Below, in pieces: positions 57,824-64,000 of a DNA stretch of 64,000 bases (its first letter is position 1; each line of letters begins with the position of its first letter). Below the pieces are notes generated by a model, which did no database searches, was not told the DNA's origin, and was given only the letters and a program-made list of their open reading frames with translations. The position numbers and the translations under genes are program-made. Source of the stretch: a virus; the IMG/VR virus record IMGVR_UViG_3300028394_000057, positions 27,336-91,335 of that record. One strand, 5' to 3'.

Positions 57824-58219
57824 ATGTCTTGTTCATCCTGTTCTTCTGATTCCGTGATTTCTATTGGAGCAGAACCCTCAAATATTAAATGGACCATTGT
57901 TCGTGGTGATGATGCATCTGCTACGTTTTATTGGTATGAGGATGATGGTGCTACCGCCAAAGATACCACAGGATGGACTTATTTGGCAAGTGCTTACAAT
58001 GCTAAAACATCAACAAAATACACCCTGACGGTTGCATCTGCTGCAGGATATGTAACAGTTTCTATCCCAAATGCAACAAGTGCACAATGGGGTACTGGAA
58101 GTTCCAATATCGTTGCTGAACTCAAATTTGATTTACAAGTAACAATTTCATCTAAGAAATGGACACCAGTTATTGGAAATATAGTAGTATATTCTGATAT
58201 CACAGGAAGTGCTCTTTAG
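57824..58219 (+). CDS. Putative virion structural protein
   Basis: WTIVRGDD, FDLQ, G.I.V..D.T beta-rich pattern; leaderless ATG. Confidence 0.5.
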   Translation: MSCSSCSSDSVISIGAEPSNIKWTIVRGDDASATFYWYEDDGATAKDTTGWTYLASAYNAKTSTKYTLTVASAAGYVTVSIPNATSAQWGTGSSNIVAELKFDLQVTISSKKWTPVIGNIVVYSDITGSAL

Positions 58220-58506
58220 TGACTACTTTTAGTATTATTCCAGACACCACGCAAAATTCAAATTTAAAAATTATTTCAAATACAACAAATGTCAAAGTAA
58301 CTTCACCAAATACGGAATCAAAAGTAACAGTTGTTGACGGCTTACAAGTTTCAAATTTAAAAATTTTTTCATCAAATACATCGGCAAATGTTTCTATTGT
58401 TGGCTTTGGCGGTCCATCTGGAATAGTGGCTGCAAATAGTCCACTAGTTTATAATTCGGCAACAAAGACCTTATCATTAAATGCAATCGATGGCGGAAAC
58501 ATTTAA
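58219..58506 (+). CDS. Putative virion structural protein
   Basis: SPLVYNSATKTLSL..IDGG. Confidence 0.45.
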   Translation: MTTFSIIPDTTQNSNLKIISNTTNVKVTSPNTESKVTVVDGLQVSNLKIFSSNTSANVSIVGFGGPSGIVAANSPLVYNSATKTLSLNAIDGGNI

Positions 58507-58524
58507 CTTAAAGAACGAGAGAGA

Positions 58525-59574
58525 ATGAAAGTAGCAGTATATACAATTGCTCTAAATGAAGAGCAATTTGTTAAAAGATGGTATGAATCAGCCAGGGATG
58601 CTGACTACTTATTAATAGCAGACACAGGTTCTACTGATAAAACTATCAAACTTGCAAAATCTTTGGGTATTAATGTTATCAATATTAATGTTGTTCCCTG
58701 GCGTTTTGACGATGCTCGTAATGCAGCACTCGCTGCTTTACCAAATGATATTGACTATTGCATAGCACTTGATATGGATGAGGTTTTGCAAACAGGTTGG
58801 AAAAATGAACTACAAAAAGCATTTGATGCTAAATACACAAGACCTAGATATCAATATACTTGGTCATGGCTTGAGGATGGAAAACCTGGGTTACAATACG
58901 GTGGAGATAAAATTCATTCTAGAAAAGATTATAGGTGGAAACATCCAGTTCACGAAGTATTGGGAACATCTACAATAGATGAAGTTCAAGGATGGATTGG
59001 GTTAGAAATTCATCATTATCCAGATAGTTCAAAATCTCGTGGACAGTATCTGCCTCTTCTTGCTTTATCGGTTAAAGAAGACCCGCACGATGATAGAAAT
59101 GCTTTTTATTATGCTAGAGAATTATTTTTTAATGATTCTATTGAACAGGCTACCGAAGAATTTAAAAGATATTTAAATTTACCTACAGCGTTGTGGGGTG
59201 CTGAAAGAGGAAGAGCATATAGATATCTTGCACAATGTAATCCAAATGAAGCATTAGACTATTTAAATAAATCTTTATATGAAGATGCTTCTAGACGAGA
59301 AACATATGTAGATATTGCTTTATATTATTATAGATTAGAAGATTGGAAAAATGTTTTTGAGTTTTCAGAGAAAGCGTTAGCCATTAAAGATAAGCCATTA
59401 GACTATCTTTGTGAAGAGTTTGCTTGGAATGAGTTGCCTTATGATTTAGCAGCCATTTCAGCCTATAATTTACAGAATTTTGATTTAGCAAAAAGTTATG
59501 GTAAAATTGCTTTAGACTTGCAGCCAAACGATAAAAGATTGCAAAATAATTACAAACACTATTTAGAAAGTTAA
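58525..59574 (+). CDS. GT2 glycosyltransferase with TPR domain (paralog 1)
   Basis: AVYTIALNEE, DTGSTD, WRFDDARN, LDMDE, HPVHE; TPR-like C-terminus. Confidence 0.88.
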   Translation: MKVAVYTIALNEEQFVKRWYESARDADYLLIADTGSTDKTIKLAKSLGINVININVVPWRFDDARNAALAALPNDIDYCIALDMDEVLQTGWKNELQKAFDAKYTRPRYQYTWSWLEDGKPGLQYGGDKIHSRKDYRWKHPVHEVLGTSTIDEVQGWIGLEIHHYPDSSKSRGQYLPLLALSVKEDPHDDRNAFYYARELFFNDSIEQATEEFKRYLNLPTALWGAERGRAYRYLAQCNPNEALDYLNKSLYEDASRRETYVDIALYYYRLEDWKNVFEFSEKALAIKDKPLDYLCEEFAWNELPYDLAAISAYNLQNFDLAKSYGKIALDLQPNDKRLQNNYKHYLES

Positions 59575-59576
59575 AT

Positions 59577-60518
59577 ATGAAAATCGCAGTTTACACAATT
59601 GCACTTAATGAAGAAAAACACGTTGAACGTTGGTATAACTCCGTAAAGGATGCTGACTATATTCTTATTGCTGATACTGGTTCTACTGACCGTACCGTGG
59701 AAATTGCTAAATCACTTGGCATCAACGTATTTAATATCTCAATCAAACCTTGGAGATTTGACACATCCAGAAATACAGCCTTAGCCTTGTTACCAGCCGA
59801 TATTGATATGTGTGTATCACTTGATATGGATGAAGTTCTTTCAGAAGGTTGGAGAGAAGCACTAGAACAGACAACTGGAAATCAAATTACTTATGTTTTT
59901 AATAACGAAAAAAACTTTATTAACAACAGAATTCATTCCAGACATGGTTTTATTTGGAAGTTTTTAATGCACGAAGGATTGCAACCAGACAGAACAGAAG
60001 TTGTTGAAGAGTTTTGTGCTGGAATAGAGGCAACCCACATACCTGACCTAGAAAAGTCTAGAGGTCAGTATCTAGAATTACTTAAAGATGCTTTAAATGA
60101 AAATCCAGAACTTGGCAGGTACTACAAATATTTGACTAATGCTTTGGTTGCTCAAGGCAACATGGAAGAAGCAGAAGAATACTATCTAAAAGTATTAGAC
60201 ATTCCTAATTTTACTATTGAAGATACTGCTCGTGTTTATAAAATTCTTTCAGAACTTATACCCGAAAAAACTGGAGAATATTTATTGCTATGCCTTCAAA
60301 CAGCACCAAAAAGACGTGAACCACATTATTATATTGCAAAATGGTATGCAGAACATGAACGATGGGAAGAATGCTTGTCATGGTGTAATCAAGCACTCGC
60401 TATTACTGAAATAACTATGGATGTATTTAAAGATAATGATGCTTGGGGTGCACCAATGCAAGAAATACATCAAAAGGCTCTATGGTATACTAAGAATGAA
60501 CAAAGGATTAAAGAATGA
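59577..60518 (+). CDS. GT2 glycosyltransferase with TPR domain (paralog 2)
   Basis: Same motifs. Confidence 0.88.
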   Translation: MKIAVYTIALNEEKHVERWYNSVKDADYILIADTGSTDRTVEIAKSLGINVFNISIKPWRFDTSRNTALALLPADIDMCVSLDMDEVLSEGWREALEQTTGNQITYVFNNEKNFINNRIHSRHGFIWKFLMHEGLQPDRTEVVEEFCAGIEATHIPDLEKSRGQYLELLKDALNENPELGRYYKYLTNALVAQGNMEEAEEYYLKVLDIPNFTIEDTARVYKILSELIPEKTGEYLLLCLQTAPKRREPHYYIAKWYAEHERWEECLSWCNQALAITEITMDVFKDNDAWGAPMQEIHQKALWYTKNEQRIKE

Positions 60519-61552
60519 AAATTGCGGTATACACAATTGCCCTGAATGAAGAAAAATTTGTAGAGCGTTGGTATGAGTCTGCCAAAGACGCAGACTACCT
60601 ACTAATTGCAGACACAGGCTCTACAGATAAGACTATTAGAATTGCTAAAAAACTTGGTATTAATGTTATAAAAATTTCTGTCAACCCTTGGCGTTTTGAC
60701 GATGCTCGTAATGCAGCACTGGCTGCCTTGCCAGACGACATTGATTATTGTGTTTCTATGGATATGGACGAAACTCTTTCAGAAGGTTGGAGACCAGCAT
60801 TAGAAAAAATGACTGGTACACAAATTGAACATATGTTTCATTTTACTTTTAGAGATAAAGAAGAGAAGCATCCAGAAAGTTCTTTTATTGCCTGTAGAGT
60901 TCATAAACGTCATGGCTATCGCTGGAAGTGGCTAGTACATGAAGCAATTGTTCCAGACAGAATTGATGCAGTTGTAGAGTTTTCCGATGACTTTATTATG
61001 GAGCATCACCCAGACCCAGACAAATCTCGTCAACAGTATGACAACATGATTGAAGATGCTTTTAATGAATATAAGATTGGCAGATACTATATTTACCATG
61101 CGATGCAATTAACTAGTTTTGGTAGACTTAATGAGTCTGCAGAAATTTGGAAAGGTTTCCTAAAACTTGATGAACCCATTACAACTTTTAACAAAGCATC
61201 CGCATATCGTTGGTTGGCTAAGTGTGAACCTAAAAAACAAAAAATATATTGGAGAAAATCACTTAAGACTATGAAAACAAGAGAGACCTATCTTGAACTA
61301 GCCATTTATCATTATAATAAAGAAAATTGGAAAAGGTGTGAATATTATGCAAGTAAAGCGTTAGATATTAAGGTTCAAGTGGATAGTCTTTTGCGTGGTA
61401 ACTGGTCTTGGGGGTATTTGGGACATAACTTGCAACTAGCCGCTAGATACAATAAGAAACTGTTTAAATGGTCTAAATCTTATAAACAAAAGAAAAGAAT
61501 TGTTTCTATTGGTTCCAGTATTACTCATAATTTTAAGTTATTTGAAGACTAG
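60515..61552 (+). CDS. GT2 glycosyltransferase with TPR domain (paralog 3)
   Basis: Same motifs. Confidence 0.88.
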   Translation: MKIAVYTIALNEEKFVERWYESAKDADYLLIADTGSTDKTIRIAKKLGINVIKISVNPWRFDDARNAALAALPDDIDYCVSMDMDETLSEGWRPALEKMTGTQIEHMFHFTFRDKEEKHPESSFIACRVHKRHGYRWKWLVHEAIVPDRIDAVVEFSDDFIMEHHPDPDKSRQQYDNMIEDAFNEYKIGRYYIYHAMQLTSFGRLNESAEIWKGFLKLDEPITTFNKASAYRWLAKCEPKKQKIYWRKSLKTMKTRETYLELAIYHYNKENWKRCEYYASKALDIKVQVDSLLRGNWSWGYLGHNLQLAARYNKKLFKWSKSYKQKKRIVSIGSSITHNFKLFED

Positions 61553-61571
61553 AATATGTTATAATTAAATT

Positions 61572-62663
61572 ATGCCACAAGATATTAAAGCAAATTCTGC
61601 GTATAATACACAAATACCCTCAACAACAGATACAGCAAATATTCTTGCTGCTTTTATAAATTATCATTATGGAGTAACCAATGGCACCGCTCCAGAAGAC
61701 AATGCACTTACTCCTGGTCTTGGTGTTGTTGGATTGTTAAATTTAAAAGCAAACTTAGCCTCACCAATTTTTACTGGAACAGTATATGCTCCAACAATTA
61801 AGCCAGCCGTATCTGCTAATACCTCTTTAAGTTTATCTACAAACAATGTCTCCGCTTCTGCTGGAAACATAACTTTAAATGCTGGTAACTCAACCTCAGC
61901 AGGTAATGGGGGAAGCATAACCTTAACATCGGGAACTTCCGCAAACTCTAATCCAGGAAATATAACATTAGCCGCTGGCTCTGGAACTGTTAATCTAACA
62001 TCGACAACAGTTGCAGTTTCAGGAGGACTTACAGTTGGTGGAGGATACGGTTCTTCTGGTGTTACAATTACTAGTCTTGGAGCATTGTCACTAGACTCAA
62101 CTCTAACTTCTGGTTCAAATATTGTTTCTGAAGGAAAAACTAGTTCAGTTACAGAGCAAGCCGCTGGTTTCTTTTTTGGTTCATCTGGACAGGTACAAGC
62201 AACTAGGGACAATGGAACACCAATTTATGCACATAGATATGGTTCAATAAGCGGTTCTCAAACTATGATTCAATTTGTCTATAAGGGAGTGCTTAGTGGA
62301 ACAATTGCGACTACTTCTGCAGGTACTCCAGCATTTGTTGCCGCATCCGACTACAGAATAAAAACAAATATTACACCAATCACTGACGCTATCGAGCGTA
62401 TGAAAAATGCTAAAGCATATACTTTTTATAAAAATATAGACCCAACCCATACTCTTCAAACAGGTTTTATTGCTCACGAATTAGCAAAAGTTCAATCAGA
62501 TTTAGTTGTTGGTGAAAAAGATGGGGTAGACAAAGATGGAAACCCCATCTATCAAGAGGTTATGGAAACAAAACTTATACCAGTAATGGCACAAGCCATC
62601 AATGACTTAATAGGTCTAGTTGAAAAATTAACATCTAGAATTGAAGAACTAGAAACTAAGTAG
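61572..62663 (+). CDS. Tail fibre/spike with C-terminal intramolecular chaperone (peptidase S74)
   Basis: G.ITL.AG repeats; SDYRIKTNI, GFIAHEL, LIP....AI..L......L..RIEELE. Confidence 0.85.
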   Translation: MPQDIKANSAYNTQIPSTTDTANILAAFINYHYGVTNGTAPEDNALTPGLGVVGLLNLKANLASPIFTGTVYAPTIKPAVSANTSLSLSTNNVSASAGNITLNAGNSTSAGNGGSITLTSGTSANSNPGNITLAAGSGTVNLTSTTVAVSGGLTVGGGYGSSGVTITSLGALSLDSTLTSGSNIVSEGKTSSVTEQAAGFFFGSSGQVQATRDNGTPIYAHRYGSISGSQTMIQFVYKGVLSGTIATTSAGTPAFVAASDYRIKTNITPITDAIERMKNAKAYTFYKNIDPTHTLQTGFIAHELAKVQSDLVVGEKDGVDKDGNPIYQEVMETKLIPVMAQAINDLIGLVEKLTSRIEELETK

Positions 62664-63213
62664 TCTTTACAATCCTTACAAATCTTATTTGACTATTGCT
62701 GTAATCAGATAGATATTCAATAACCGTAGTTCCATAATAACTATTAGAGTTTACAATCTTACCCTTGCCAATATAAATACCAGAGTGATAGAAATTAGTA
62801 GAACCATTATAAGCAAATACAACAATGTCTCCTAGTTTTGGATTAGAAACTCTTTTGCCCACATGTGCTTGTTTGTTGGCGGAATGTGGAAGTTCAATCC
62901 CAAATTGTTTATATGTCCAAACAACCATTCCAGAACAATCCCATCCATATGGGGTAGAACCAGAAAACACATAAGGTGTTTTGTTTACACGATGAAATAT
63001 TTTTATTAGAGTTTCTTTCATCTTGGCAGTATTGTTATTTAATTTAGCAGTGTGAACTAAATCAGTAGTTATATTTTTAGAATTAATTAATTTGGCTGTA
63101 GTGACCTTTGTTGGCGGCATTTCACTAGCACTGGCTTGAGGGGTAACACAACCAGTTAAAGTCAAACTTAAAATTCCTGTGGCGAGTAATCTTTTGATTT
63201 TTAAATTATTCAT
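62656..63213 (-). CDS. NlpC/P60 cell-wall peptidase, predicted lipoprotein/secreted
   Basis: PYVFSG...GWDCSG, LPHSA..Q, GDIV.F, HSGIYIG; LTGC lipobox-like. Confidence 0.88.
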   Translation of the reverse strand: MNNLKIKRLLATGILSLTLTGCVTPQASASEMPPTKVTTAKLINSKNITTDLVHTAKLNNNTAKMKETLIKIFHRVNKTPYVFSGSTPYGWDCSGMVVWTYKQFGIELPHSANKQAHVGKRVSNPKLGDIVVFAYNGSTNFYHSGIYIGKGKIVNSNSYYGTTVIEYLSDYSNSQIRFVRIVKTT

Positions 63214-63339
63214 ATTTTCCTCCTCAACGGAAAAACACCTTTTTGAAGGGTGTTCATATAAATTATACCACGATTTAACCTATTTGACAATAGTATATAT
63301 GCTATAATTATGTTACTACATTCGAAAGGTGGCAAAATC

Positions 63340-63582
63340 ATGTCTATTGATTTTAATTCATTACTTACCGTTGAAGAAAGAAAAGCGGTAGCAACTCAAA
63401 GAGTACAGCAGTTGGCAGTTGAAGCATATCAACTAAGTCTAAATTTAAAAGTACTTGAAATACAAGAAACACCAAATGAGCAAGCACTTACAGATATTGG
63501 CAATAACCTCAACTTGCTTGACCAGATGATTTCTATTTACAATCAAGAAATAGATTCTTTATCAAAAGAGGTAACTGAGTAA
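63340..63582 (+). CDS. Hypothetical coiled-coil protein
   Basis: GAAAGGTGG RBS before ATG 63340. Confidence 0.55.
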   Translation: MSIDFNSLLTVEERKAVATQRVQQLAVEAYQLSLNLKVLEIQETPNEQALTDIGNNLNLLDQMISIYNQEIDSLSKEVTE

Positions 63583-63583
63583 C

Positions 63584-64000
63584 ATGTCAACAACCATGCA
63601 GCAAAAAAGGGGAGTAGCCACCGACTGGACTACAAACAATCCCATTTTGCTTGCTGGTGAGATAGGTTTTGAAACTGACACCAATAAGTTTAAAATTGGT
63701 AATGGTTCTACTGCATGGAATAGTCTTAGTTATATTACCGTCACTGGTCCTACAGGACCAACAGGACCAACAGGTGCTACTGGTGCAGCCTCAACTGTCA
63801 CTGGTCCTACTGGTGCTACTGGTCCTACAGGACCAACAGGGTCTGCAAGCACAGTAACTGGTCCTACAGGACCAACAGGGTCTGCAAGCACAGTAACTGG
63901 TCCTACAGGACCAACAGGTGCTACTGGTTCTGCTTCTACAGTTACAGGACCAACTGGTCCTACAGGACCAACAGGGTCTGCAAGCACAGTTACTGGTCCT
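63584..64000 (+). CDS. Collagen-like fibre protein (runs off window; not in ORF track)
   Basis: [13 protein letters not shown]...[22 protein letters not shown]...W..L.Y head domain followed by GPT/GAT triplets interrupted by ASTV. Confidence 0.85.
   Translation, partial: MSTTMQQKRGVATDWTTNNPILLAGEIGFETDTNKFKIGNGSTAWNSLSYITVTGPTGPTGPTGATGAASTVTGPTGATGPTGPTGSASTVTGPTGPTGSASTVTGPTGPTGATGSASTVTGPTGPTGPTGSASTVTGP

Noticed and set aside
63669-63987. ORFs 63669-63857 (+) and 63730-63987 (-)
   Set aside because: Shadow frames of the collagen-repeat gene starting at 63584
1-64000. Stop-codon recoding or diversity-generating retroelement
   Set aside because: Core genes are intact in the standard code, no suppressor tRNA, no reverse transcriptase or TR/VR pair seen

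Overview
Window from a low-GC tailed dsDNA phage genome with a probable actinobacterial host (WhiB, MSMEG_6728-type glycosylase, many leaderless genes; gene order recalls large Streptomyces/Rhodococcus-type siphoviruses). 1-8.6 kb: tail module. 8.6-22.6 kb: replication, recombination and packaging (DnaB, DnaG, SSB-like, DnaE, RecA, Cas4-like, RuvC-like, terminase). 22.7-28.7 kb: membrane/lysis genes, 2 tRNAs, WhiB. 28.7-34 kb: minus-strand glycan operon. 34-41.6 kb: stress and accessory genes (Hsp20, Dps, thioredoxin, GroES). 41.3-42.3 kb: non-coding junction with tandem perfect DnaA boxes. 42.3-56.6 kb: minus-strand array of tiny genes. 57.3-64 kb: three GT2-TPR glycosyltransferases, fibre proteins and NlpC/P60. 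The most unusual signal is the 42-56.6 kb region. It has 20 copies of a non-canonical promoter box (AATGTCAGTGG-N7-TATAAT) delimiting gene cassettes, a GCGCA element recurring about every 1 kb, a bipartite GGGG-N14/15-TCGTAA motif, a covarying 3'-UTR pseudoknot (5 copies here plus 1 after Hsp20) and a tRNA-shaped RNA with a replaced anticodon arm. All protein calls come from motif recognition by eye, not database searches.
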